NCBI GenBank assembly: GCA_951406725.2 | Contig: OX597825.1 | Location: 87,978,001-88,042,000 of the forward strand | Length of the DNA stretch: 64,000 nucleotides | Direction: 5' to 3' | Source: Octopus vulgaris | Lineage: Eukaryota | In this document: one piece after another, positions 1 to 12,261 of the stretch | Position numbering within the stretch: position 1 is the stretch's first letter | How the letters are laid out: each line of letters opens with the position of its first letter | Notes under the pieces: generated by a model | The model's database searches: none | Seen by the model: the letters and a program-made list of their open reading frames with translations, nothing else | What the model was told of the DNA's origin: nothing | Program-made: the position numbers and the translations under genes

Positions 1-121
1 TGAGAAAGTGAAAAAGGAGGGTACTGAAACATACACTGAGGGCACAATAAAAACGGCATTGGAGATGCCCCGACATTCGAGCTTCTCGAAAATCAAAGTG
101 AGTCATCTCCACTTGATGTGA

Positions 122-1140
122 GTGGAACGCGTGAAGGTGAGTGACCTGGGGTCATCCTTAAAGGAAGGTAACTTGCTCAAAGCTCCCAGGTCGCTTGGAA
201 TGGAAGCAGTAGCCATCAGTGAAATGAAAACAGTTTGTCCGCATGCGCTGGCGCACATTTTACACGATTATAAGATATACTTAATTCTTGCCCAGTCAGG
301 TTGAGGAGTTGGGATTGCAGTGCTTATCCAGAAACCCTTAGATTTCAAATTATGAGTAATCCTCTAGGATCCGGAGAGTAGATTGGTGGCAGCCTTTAGG
401 CTCGTAGCCGTTCAAGGCATGATAGGGGCTTCAAGACTAGATATCTTTAGATGCCTAGAAACATTCGTAGTAACTTTTCTCACATATTACGAGCATTTAG
501 GACGTACGGAACGACTATGTGGGGCCAGTGTATAGCAGAACGGCGTACAAAAACCTCAGAAAACTCTCCACAAACTACCGGTTGTCTGAGAGGTACCGAC
601 CAGATTTCTCTAATGTGTCAATGTGGACATGAAGAAACCACAGCGGTTCATGCGGATCGTGTATTTGCTAATTATCTTGAGAGAAATTGCGTATTTTGTC
701 TACTATCCAAAGTGGTTAGCTAGAAAACCCACAAATTTGTGATCTGCTCCGTGAATTTACATAGGATTCATTGATATGGACCCAGTTACTCGACGTTGAG
801 CGCATCATTAGCAGCGGGTGAACTCCAACGCGCTCTGATTAGTGAAGTAGATAAGCGACAGTTGACTGACGTAGAAATCTGTCAACAATCGATTGTGGGT
901 CACTCTGATGATATCGATTAGTATAAAATCAATAGCGTTTAGCAAAGAGCTAGCAACAGAAACAGATTAGAGAGAACCAGTTAGCAACCGAGAAGAGTGG
1001 ATTAGTAAAAGCATCATGGCCGACGTGAAAGCGACGAGAATAACCCTTGATCATTTCTTCGAAGCAAAATATGAAGGCTGCATTGTCAGAGGTAAGAGCT
1101 GTGCGCTGAAACACGAACGACCCGAACGGTCGAGACATCC
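122..1140 (+). mobile_element. Decayed Tx1/L1-like non-LTR retrotransposon, APE endonuclease and linker region
   Basis: Translation across stops gives AVAISEMKT...GVGIAVLIQKPL...LDPE.RLV..AFRLVAV, resembling L1/Tx1 APE motifs. Many stops and frameshifts. Confidence 0.55.
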
Positions 1141-1179
1141 AGCCATAGGAGACAGTGCTTGGTATTGTGTTCAGGGCAT

Positions 1180-2900
1180 TCCTCTCAACACATGACTAGG
1201 ATGCCCCACCACTCCTTCTGATCATGATCGGAGATTTACATATCGTCAGCCATTTTCAATTTGATAAGATCAAGCAACTGACAAGCAAATCGATGATATT
1301 GAGTTGAATATTTGCTGTATTCCATCTTTTATACCAAGACAATTTCTCACCTTGAGAAATGCCACATGATATGCTTACATTCCAGCATCGAGAGATTCAT
1401 TGCAACTGTTCAAATCAGTGTGGTCCTCCATGATTTCATACTTATAGACAAAAGTTTCGCAGAGCATGTACCATTTTATACATTTCCTGATATTTCTTAA
1501 TCAAGCTATGTGGTAGACTATGAAAAGCTTTTTATAGACTATCCAGGTTATCGACAAGGTCTTTTGTCGTTTGTGACAATCTTCCAAGTTCATCTTATTG
1601 ATGAGTAGCTGATCTTTACAACCATAAGACCCCTCGCTTACAGCCTTTTTGCTCATTAGGGAATATTCCATATTCAATTAAAATGTTATAGGTATATTCA
1701 GTGAAGCCACTGTTCTTAAGCAGGTTATGGGTCTATAAATTTTAGTTCATTTGTGTCTTCATTTACACATTGTTGTAAATTGTGTTAGCAGTTCACGACT
1801 CTCTGGGAAGGTATTCAACCAGAAGTTAGTAGTTTTATCCTTCCCTATAGACTTCCATTTGCTTGAATTCCTTAGAGCAGATCATATACCCTCTACCTTG
1901 ATATCCCCCCCACACACACACTTTTGCTCTTCTAAGACGTCAGTACATATTCTATCAATCCAAGGGGCCTTTTTATTGTTTGTTTTTTCTTCTGCCCAAA
2001 TTTTATTCCAAAATCCCTGCACTTCTTTTGATGGGTCAGACTTTACTGTAACTAGTATTTTCCCTACCCACCTGTAAAAATTTTGGAGGTTATTTTTGAA
2101 CATGTTGTTCTTGAAGGATCTAACGAGCTTTTCATACCGTGCTATGCGGGCAACAGTAACAGCAAACATTTTGCTTGACTCTTTCTATAGTGGTTATCGA
2201 TGTCAAGTATGGTTTTCATATATTTTTCCTTTAATTTTCGGATTGATGTTGGTTTGATAGTCTTGTCAAACTCAAGGTTACTTAAGTATTTGAATTTGGT
2301 GTTGAATACGCTCATGCCAAGTAGGCTTTTTGTGGGAATGTTGTTTTCTAATCTTATTATCACATAGAATCGTTGAGATCTTCGTGGATGCAGAGTACAG
2401 AAGGTTGAAATCTGTAATATCAACATCATTAGCTGAAATTATATCCTGTGTGGCTTTCTTCATCTATTTGATTTTCATCTGCCTTGGTATTTATGGTTGG
2501 TTCAGAGAGTATTTCATTTGCTTATCAGTTACATTGACTCGTTCAATCATTACTGCATTGTCATCAGACCTGGGCTTGTCTATAATTATTTCCTCTGAAG
2601 TATCTTCTTTAGCTGCAATTCCGTTCCCTTACTGATTGTTTAATTTGGTCAATCTCAGTTAGATTTTTTTTTCATAGTGTTTCTTCTGTTGTTGGCAACT
2701 TTGTTACTGTCTATGTATGAATTTACTTCAATGTGCTTTTGTCTCTACTTTAAGTATGTATTTTAACTGTTAGAGTTATTTTGTGGTGAGATACATGGCA
2801 TGATAGAAGGCCTTCAGAACTTCTTTATTACCTCCACTAAGCCATTTTTCATTCTTTTCATTTTGGTTATTTGATGACAAGTGTGGATGGCCATCAGTTG
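1180..2900 (-). mobile_element. Decayed R4/Dong-like (RLE clade) LINE: N-terminal and RT region plus a 3'UTR-like segment
   Basis: Minus-strand frames read RIARYEK...FKNNMFKNN...FWNKIWAEE and GCKRGSYGCKDQLLINKM..EDCHKRQKTLSITWI.YKKAF, typical R4/Dong RT. 1180-1255 is the reverse complement of the repeat at ~7000-7075. Confidence 0.75.
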
Positions 2901-3558
2901 GAATATTCCAGGTGTGGCGTACTTCCAGTGAGTGAAGCAACAGACGAGTTAAGTACAAGTAACAACTGCAAGAACAACGGCGAGTCGAGAGAGAAGGAGT
3001 AGCTGTAAAGTTAAATACTCCACCTGAGACTATCCAGGATAGAATACGCCGCACAGTGATGCACTGTATAATCGGTTAAAAATTAAGGAGGGTGGAAAGA
3101 ACCACAACGGCTCAAATACAAAAAGTCTTAGGTTCCGTCTTTTTAGTTATGGTATGTTGTTACTACCATAAATGTATATACTCCTTCCCTCTCATTGCAT
3201 GCCAAATTGAACTGCTCCCAACTTTCACGTATTTTCCAGCCTATGCTGAGTGTGTGGGTAGGCTGGATATTCACCTCTCTCTGCTCTTCTTGCTAAAATA
3301 CTATGGAGCAAAGTTTTTCTTGAACCAATCGTTTTCACACGGAAGTAGAGCATAGACGGTAGGCTTCACCAGGCATTTTCTGAAATCTTTCACAAAATCA
3401 CATTCCAAAGAATTGCTCCTCTCATCTCAATTTTGGCGAAAGATGTGTTGTTGCTTTTGGCCTCAACGTTTTTTTGTCACAATTTTTTATTTTCTCTTCG
3501 TCTTCAAAAGTATTGTTCTTGTTGCTGTTTCTTAAGTTACTGTCGTTGTTGTTGTTGT

Positions 3559-3590
<32 letters not shown>

Positions 3591-3999
3591 GTGGTGATGG
3601 TGGCTTTGATGCTTTATTTGTGTAATATTTTCATTTCTCTGTTTATCTTTTAATTTGCTACTGTTTCACTTTACACTCTGGTCAATTTTCGACCCTCCCC
3701 TCTCATAAACAAGCTTCATTGTGTTGTCTCAGGCTCTCTTCATGATGGAAGTATGCACATATTTACATTACCGAAATACAATTTAACTCTGATGTCTCCC
3801 ACAATCGGGGAGAACACACTAAGATAAACTCACCTGTCAGCGGCAAAGGATTTGACTTCCACGATGGTACATACTTCAAAACTGAACGTAACAATTATCT
3901 GTGATCTATATGTGATTCAGTTACTAAAATTACAGAGATGTTAACTGTAGTTTGCTCTGCTGATAACTATAATAATAATAAATAATATTTAAAATAATA

Positions 4000-4255
4000 A
4001 CCTAAAAATGGCTGAAATTTAAAAGATAGTGCTCATGGAAACTGCCCATATCCTACGTAAAGTACTATGTAATCTCAAATTTTACAACAAACTCATAATT
4101 TTCTTATGGTTTCTTAAACATTCTCTAGCACAATACCATGTGCAAAACCAAATATATGACACCCTAGGCATAACGCCAACAGGTATTTCTAACTTGTGTC
4201 TTGAAGTCTCTGAGTGAGACTTAGAGCCAACTTATGCAAAGCAAAAATTAAACAT
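4000..4255 (+). mobile_element. R4/Dong-like 3' end fragment
   Basis: EI*KIVLMETAHILRKVL is the RLE C-terminal motif, followed by a 3'UTR; AAT-rich sequence on both sides. Confidence 0.7.
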
Positions 4256-4279
4256 AATATAATGATAATATTCGAAGCG

Positions 4280-4600
4280 GTATATATGAAGGTTGTGGTC
4301 AATGAAGATTTGAAGTGGGAAATATAAAGGATCTGGTCAATGAAGAGACTAGACGTGATACCAATAGTAATTGGTTCAATTGGAAGAATCAGAAATCAAC
4401 TACCAGCATGGATGAAAAAGGTCGATGCAAGTGCTAAGGTAGAACACCTACAAAAATCGGCATTGCTTGGAACTGCAAAAGTATTTTGCAGGGTTCTTGA
4501 AGCATGACCAGTAAACAAGTGTCCCCTGAGTCTGCTGGCTGTGGACTGGCGACACTTTCCATCATTCCCAGTAACATAAGCTGTGAGCTTTCATATAACA
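4280..4600 (+). mobile_element. R4/Dong-like 3' end fragment
   Basis: EDLKWEI*RIWSMKRLDVIPIVIGSIG...LQKSALLGTAKVFCRVLEA*, ending in (AAC/AAT)n. Same family as 5725-5913. Confidence 0.75.
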
Positions 4601-5247
4601 ACAACAATAATGCATTGCCTTGCAACACAATCCTCCCACATTATCTAATCTTCGTTCCAAACACTGCGAAGAAATCTTTAATGTTTCCCAAATTAGCAAG
4701 ACTGAATTATTTACGAATTTGTTGCTTCTTTATGTTTTCCAAAGTTTAAAAATCTGTTTCTGTCTGATTCTTTAACTTTTATTTTAATTCTATTGTTTCT
4801 GTCTGTCTTTCAAAATTTTGTATTAAATATTTCCTTGGGGCGTCTACGGCGCTATCACTTTCCCTCTTTGTCCGATTCCTCGCAATTCCAGCAGAAGCTA
4901 CGGTAAAATATGATCGAGCAATGCTTACAAAATTTAAAATATAGCAAATCGAAAAGGAATCCTGGTGATCACCTGCAGGCAAATAAGGTGGACACTGAAT
5001 ACTTTCAAAAATTTTTCTCCATAAAATTTTGACAATGAGTAAAAAAAATATTTTTCGTTAATTACAATAAATGAAAGACGGCAATGGAATGGCCTGTAAG
5101 TCGTCTGTTTATTTCTAAACAACTATAAGATGATGATTGCTTTGATGATGACGATGGTGATGTTGATGATGAAGATTATGATGATGATGGTGGCTTTGAA
5201 TATTTGTACCCCAGTGTCACTTCTGATGGCATGTTTAACTATCTCTC

Positions 5248-5284
<37 letters not shown>

Positions 5285-5462
5285 GTTACAAATTTTGCTG
5301 CAAGGACATCAGTTTTGGGGAAGGGAGGCGTCGATTACATCGACCCCGAAACCATGAATGGCAAAGTCGACCTCGTCGGAATTTGAACTCAAAGCGTAGC
5401 AACGGGCAAAATACCGTTAAGCATTTCGTCCAGCGCGTTACCGATTCTGCCAGCACGGTGCC
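5285..5462 (-). mobile_element. tRNA-derived SINE (family 1)
   Basis: Minus strand has A-box TGGCAGAATCGG and B-box GAGTTCAAATTCC. Homologous to 21534-21750 and 44370-44571; sits within (AAT)n. Confidence 0.8.
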
Positions 5463-5465
5463 GTA

Positions 5466-5510
<45 letters not shown>

Positions 5511-5540
5511 GTAGTAGTAGTTGTAATAATAATAATAATA

Positions 5541-5693
5541 GGAAATCCCAGGCAAGATTGATGTCTTACAAAAAGCAGCCTTGTTGGGTACAGCGCACAT
5601 CTTAGGAATGCCTTATCTGTCTGAGATCCTTTTTATGATTTGACAGATGACTAAAGACTCAAGTGCATTTTAACCTACACTCTGTTACGAAGG
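5541..5693 (+). mobile_element. R4/Dong-like 3' end fragment
   Basis: EIPGKIDVLQKAALLGTAHIL, bounded by (AAT)n on both sides. Confidence 0.7.
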
Positions 5694-5724
5694 AATAATA
5701 ATAATAATAATAATAATAACAACA

Positions 5725-5913
5725 TAATGGCTCAAGAAGATTGATATAAGTGTGAAGGTAGAACGCCTACAAAAATCAGCATTGCTTAGAACTGCAAGAA
5801 TTCTTCGCAGGGTTCTTGAAGCATGACCAGTAAACAAGTGTCAGTTTAGTCTGCTGGCTGTGGACGGCTGATACTTTCCAACATACCCAGAAATATAAGC
5901 AGTGAGTTTTCAC
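5725..5913 (+). mobile_element. R4/Dong-like 3' end fragment
   Basis: KVERLQKSALLRTARILRRVLEA* plus a 3'UTR similar to 4500-4590; (TAA)n tail. Confidence 0.75.
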
Positions 5914-5934
5914 ATAATAATGATAATAATAATA

Positions 5935-6750
5935 ACCGCTTGTCCAAACCAGATATTGATCAAAATCTAACACACCAATGGCTACAAGGGACCGGTCTGA
6001 AAGAGGAAACAGAAAGGTCTGTTGCTACAGTGCAAGCTCAAAGCTTATCTGCTAGAAACAACTATCAAACGTTTTTAAAGATAGATCTGGTCCCTCGTGC
6101 AGATTTTGCGGGAAAGTCCCAGAGACAATTGATGATGTTGTTTCTGGTCGACCAGTCCTCGCTGGAAAGAAGTACCTCACAAATCAGGATAGACTAGGGA
6201 AGTACATCCACTGGAAATGCTTGTAAAGACTACACACTAAAATCCCATGATAGGCGGTACAGTTACCATCCAGAGGATATAGTAAATGAGGAGGGCGTCT
6301 TCATAGTTTAGGACTTCCCAATACAAACACAGATTGGACTGAATCCAATCGACCAGACATTGTGATCAAGGACTACAACAGAGGAACGTGTCTGTTAATA
6401 GATATGTCTGTCTCACAATGTCTTAAGAAAAGAATACGAAAAGCTTTCACATGATAAAGATCGGCAAATAGAAATCACAAAAGCGTGGGAGCTTAGTACT
6501 ACGATAATGCCAGTAGTAATTGGTGCGTTGGGAAGGATAAAGAATGGAGCCGAGAAGTATATTAAGCAACTTCCTCGTAACTCAATTTTCCGTGAACTAC
6601 AAAAGATAAATTTGATGGGAACAACCCAGATAGTACGGAAAGCAATCTCCATCTAAAATGTAATAAACGTAGTGATTATTTTAGCATGCATAGCAGAACA
6701 AAAGTGCCCTTGCTACTCTTGGTCTCCGGAGAATGTCCCGTATTAAGGTA
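5935..6750 (+). mobile_element. R4/Dong-like C-terminal region: zinc knuckle plus restriction-like endonuclease, decayed
   Basis: THQWLQGTGLKEETE, CRFCGKVPETIDDVVSG, NRPDIVIKD..CLLIDMSV, KEYEKLS..KD.QIEI, PVVIGALG, LQKINLMGT. Confidence 0.85.
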
Positions 6751-6829
6751 GCTTACGTTGTTGTTGATTTATACCAACTGTTCTTTAAAACCGATCAACC
6801 TCAACATCGTAATTATCACCATCACGCCC

Positions 6830-7245
6830 TGATGTAGTGCTAGGCACAGGCTTTCATGGTTTCTGATCTTAACTGATTGGAAGTGTTATCATATACATGC
6901 TTTGTCTTTGTATAAAAGATGGGCTACAACAAAAATTCTGCTCATTACCACAGATTTGCTTATCTTTTGCTTGACCTTAATCAGTCGAGCATGTCCCGTA
7001 ATGGCTGACGATATGTGAATCCTTGACTAGAAGCAGATGTGGTGGGGGAGCATCTTATCCTTGCGTTGAGAGGAATTCCATGGCCCCAACTGCAAGTTCA
7101 TGCGCTGTTTATCACGATCATTATGTTTCGCACATATACTTGTGATGCCTGCGCTTGATGGGTAGTCAGGAGGGGTGTATAGGTTTCGTATATTTGTACC
7201 CAAATGTCACTTTGATGACATGCTCTGCTCTCTCACTCAATAGCA
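6830..7245 (+). repeat. Interspersed repeat, probably a long 3'UTR of an R4/Dong family
   Basis: Partial copies at 1180-1255 (minus, downstream of a Dong-like RT) and ~5200-5250 (followed by (AAT)n). Confidence 0.5.
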
Positions 7246-7289
7246 ACACCGGCGACGATGGCGATGATGTTGACGATGATGATGATAAC

Positions 7290-7800
7290 AATGATTATTA
7301 GACGCCCACAAAAAAATGCGACTGAATTAGACATTTTAATCCTTGTGGATTTGTTCAAAGAATCTCAAGATGGAGTTTGGTCTTTTAGAATGTTCAGTGA
7401 CGATAATGAGAAGCGAGACGTTTGTCAGGACAGAATGCATATGTATGCAATGTGGTGAATTGTTGAATGCAATTCAACCTGAATCTGGATATAAATACCT
7501 GGGGATACTTGAAGCAAATGTAATTAAACATGATGATATGAAAAAATACCATAAAAAGTGTGTCTGCGATGATGGAGAAAGATATTTGATTCAAAGGTGA
7601 ATGCTAGAAACATAATTTCGGCAATAAATTCGCGCGTAAATTTTGTTTTGTTTTGAGCTAGAAATCTAAAGTTAACAGAGGATAAGCCAAAGGAGTTGGA
7701 CAGGAAGACAAGAAAACCCTTAACCATGGCTGGAGCCCGTTGTTCACGTGCAGACAATTGATCGTCTATAAATGAAGAGAGCTTGCAAGGATGAAAGGCA
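7290..7800 (+). mobile_element. R4/Dong-like RT C-terminal fragment
   Basis: MEFGLLECS...GYKYLGILEANVIKHDDMK...NARNIISAINS...ELDRKTRK.LTMAG. Confidence 0.75.
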
Positions 7801-9229
7801 AATTCAGTCTCGACAAAATTCGAACTCAGAATGTACAGCCGGAAGAAATGCCATTAAACATTTTTTCCGGCGCAACGGCAAGTGTCGCGCTCTCAAAGTT
7901 GTGTGGCATGAAAGAGACAAGTTTTGGAAAAACAACGATCGGAGGCCATTACTTAATGAAACGTAACATGATCACTTAGAAATAATTAACAATTTACATG
8001 GGAATTTAATTGAAAATGTATAATGAAAATACCTATTTAATACATACGCACCGAAATACATGTGACTTTGTCGTTAGGATTTCCCAGTTTCTCCCAAATA
8101 AACCACAATTTCTGATGCACGCCCAACGTTTTGTGTTTTCCTCTAACATTTCTCATGAATTCCTTTATATTTAAACTTCCGAATTCTACGCTGAAACAAT
8201 ATTTACAAACAAATATTCAATAATAATTTATGCACACAATCTTTATTTCAGTTTTTATGCTTTCCTTTCTACTCTTAATATCACTGTTTTGTTTTATCAC
8301 ACATAACACTAAATATGCTTTGAAATTTTATCACATACATCTATATCAGATGCATACATTTACACCAAACATATAATGCAAGCGCACTCACACGCGCACT
8401 TACACACACACACATCACGTATCTATATCAGCATCCTTCCTTTTAAGTTTTTATCACGATTACACAAGTACATTTTTAAGAGGAGCACTTAGGAAGTTGG
8501 AAGTATTCTATTTCATAACTTGTTTTGTCCTAGCTTATCACACTCGGCAAGCTTTTGTCTCAATTGATTAAAGGATGAAGGATGACAACAATAATCTCTA
8601 ATATTTACTCATAAATGTTTCGGCTGAAAGAAACATTATAAAAGCAGGCCATGCATAATGTTGAATTTTACAAAATGTACGATGGAAGGAATGGTCGAAT
8701 GAAATAGAAAAAGAACTGTCTATGGTACACTAATAAATGGGGAGTTCATGCAGAATAGAGGGATTTTGATAGAGGAGAATAGAAATTGAATCCCAAACAG
8801 TGATCCTCAGAGATTCAAGATCACCACGTATACCAAATTAAGGGCTTCCTTCTAGGCTTTCTTTTAAAAGTTTTTCCCAGACGTGAAGGGCATGCTTCGA
8901 GTATGTTCCTTATTTTAGCAGTGTTCGTTACAGCCATCCAACTTCCAACTGGTGGAGTCTACACACTTCACTCTGACATACCTCTTAATATTTAACAATA
9001 TTCGTTACCAAGAGAGGCAGCGGAAAGATGGTGCAACCACAGTGATTTTCTGCAAATTCAACGCCAATATTGCCCTATCTGCTTTGTGGTGAATAATGGA
9101 TTCAGACGGCTCGCCCAACAACCCGAACGCGAACCCTTAGCAAGAAGCGTACGAGAAAACACATGACTCATACAGCTTAGTAGACGTGTTGCGCAGGACT
9201 GGCTTCGTAGTAAAATGCTACGGCAAGAC

Positions 9230-10620
9230 ACTCATTATATTTTGTATATCGATAATCTCAAGTTGTATTCTGCAAATGATTAACTGGAACCACTTTTGCA
9301 GACAGTAACAGAAACATTGATATGAGATTTACATTAGAAAATGCACCAAACCAACCTTGAAGAGACGAAAATTAATTACGAAAATTACAGATAAGAGAAT
9401 TAGAACAATCATAGACATAAGAATACTTAGGAATCGATGAAGTGGACAGTGAACAACAAATGAAAAAATATGAACGAATAACTGTTACATTAGATTATTA
9501 CTTAAAGCAGACGCCAGACATCAATACTGTAGCTGTCCCTCTAATATGTTATAATATTTTGAACTGGACAATGAATAATCTAACAATATTACACAATAAA
9601 ACTGGAAAATAATGGCTGCTTTAGACTACACCGCACAAAATCGGATAGAAACTGACTTGATTTATCATCAATAAATGTTTAGATGCCTTATGAAATAGGA
9701 AAACTCTTAAAAACTATTTACTGCAGAACTGCAAAGTAACATGGAAAATTAATAAAAGCATCTACGAAACACAAAACAAAAGAAAATATGTTCTCTGTCT
9801 CCAAGGAAACCAAGAAATACAAAGCAGATTTTTTTATTGATAAGTGGTGGGCACGTGGGTGATACAGTCTTTTTGATACAGTTGAGCAGCAAAGTAGTGT
9901 CAATTAGTGCTGCCCATAGATTCAAGAGTATACTTTGAATATTTCTCCTATTCTGGCCATTTCCCTCACAATAGCCCAATTTACAAACCTATTGGAGAGA
10001 AACCACTACGGAAATTGTGTAAAGTGTTGAGAAATCCTGTCTCCAAGTCTTTTGCTGAAAGGTTCTTTACTGCAAGACAGGATTAGTTCTACCACAGAAA
10101 CCCGCGGAAACCATATAAAGAAACCGAATATAGTAAGAGCAGAATATGTGCACCTGAGCGGAAAGAAATGATGCCATTTTCTCTGGCTGCCCTGATATAA
10201 GTTAGAAAACATACAACCACCTATACCACGAAGTTGAGACTTATATACAAAAGAGGGTCTGCTTGCGCTATGAAATATTAAGCATTATAAGCAAACACCT
10301 GTAAAATTTACATCATATAGAAATTACCACTTTCTGGAATATTCCAATACATACAGACATGGATATGAAGTTTAATCATTCAGTTATTTTTATGAAGGAC
10401 ACAGGGAAATGATATGGCACCGTATGAGCGTTTAATTCCAAAACAAAAGAGATAATATATCTCTCCAAAACAAGGATGCATCATTTAATTATATAAAAAA
10501 CTGGATTTAGTTGTAGAATATTTATGAGGCTAATACGCATCTCTATTGATGCGTGTATTTGTTTATATCAGGCAGACGAGTAGAAAGATACAGTGTCTGG
10601 ACTTAAAATATGTAAGAATC
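9230..10620 (+). mobile_element. Highly decayed R4/Dong-like LINE
   Basis: Remnant motifs YLGIDE, INTVAVP..Y..LNWT, EGFFTARQD and WNIPIHTD occur in the expected order across frameshifts. Confidence 0.5.
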
Positions 10621-10863
10621 TAGAGAATAGCACTACAAGGCACCACTTAGATATTACTGAAATAAATTTTATAACAATAGACAACAAAATCTAAGTAAAA
10701 ATGCTGCAGTTACATCAGTGACACAGAACTGCTTTCAGTAACGAATGTGCAACGAAAACACGAAATGAAGACTCATGAAAAAAACTAACGGCGTCGACGA
10801 TGAAGAAGATGAAGTCGATGATAGTAACGATAACGGTGATGATGACGATGATAATTATAATAT

Positions 10864-10896
<33 letters not shown>

Positions 10897-12197
10897 TAAC
10901 GATGATAATATTAATAATTAGTTCTAATAATAGAGTCGCTTAACGAGCAAGTGCGTAGATTAGATCAACTTCCACGAGAAGTAAAGGAAAGCAAAATGGA
11001 ATTTTGAAAACAAACAAAACAAATCGGAACAAATGAAGTAATTTGAAATGATGTTTATCATATTACATGTATTAGATGTGATTAAACGACATAAAATTCA
11101 CTGTTTATACAATATACACATTCACACAGGAAAATGAAGAGACAGCCAGACACTTGAAACAAATGAGTCAAAACGAAACATACTTTCAACATCACAGACT
11201 ATCTGAAAGCATGACAAAAAAAAAACAAAAAAACCTACTATTTGAAAAGTAACTGAACTTTGTTCATGGACGAACCAATCAGAAAGAAAAATCGATAAAC
11301 TGCGTTGTTTATGTTTATTGCAATCGCCTTACTTAAAACGTTATGAATTCATTTTGTCAACAAGGCTGACCATTTGCAGGTCATTTCGAGACAAGAGTGC
11401 TCAATGTTAAAATCTAGACGGACCTTCCACTTAACGTTACTTGTAGAAGCACCAGAGCGTGCTTACAAGACCCACGACGAAATTTCTGCGCGCATTTCCT
11501 TGTATATTATTGTTGCTTAACCAGGGTAGAGCAGTTTTTGTTGACCAGATCTATTTCACTGAACAACGAGGCAAACTAGATGTATTTTAGAAAGTACTGA
11601 CCCGTAATAGTGGATGTTATTGACTGTTAATATACAATACAAAAATGAGGAGCAAACAATGCTAATGAGGAACAAGTTCCTGTCCCGCATTATACAACAC
11701 ATTGTGCTTGCAGCAGATTGATAGAGGAGATAGGAAAAGCTTGCCCTAGATCGTAGTTGAGAAGGAATTTACACTGAAATGGTTAAAACCAAACAGATGT
11801 GTCTGTCAATGCTCAAAAATCAAATTAAGGAACAATACTTAAGGAATAATAAGCAAACGGTAATGATGCATATATATACACACACACACACACATAGCAT
11901 GTCAATACTATCTCTAACAAGAAAACCACAGCAACAAACAAGTACTATGAGATAAGCGGTCAAATAGAAAACGTAGAGGATTATGCAAAACCTAACAGCA
12001 ACAAATAAACAAACAAACATACAGAGATATTTAATGAAAAGAAACAGGAACAAATACTTGCAATAGGGAAACTTAAAGATAGAATACACAGGGAACATAA
12101 GACGTCCGTACATTTGAATTTAAAATAAAGCATTTAAATAACGATAAAAAATGACAACAGAATACAGTGAAAGTATTCCATAAGAATCTAGCTGATA

Positions 12198-12261
<64 letters not shown>

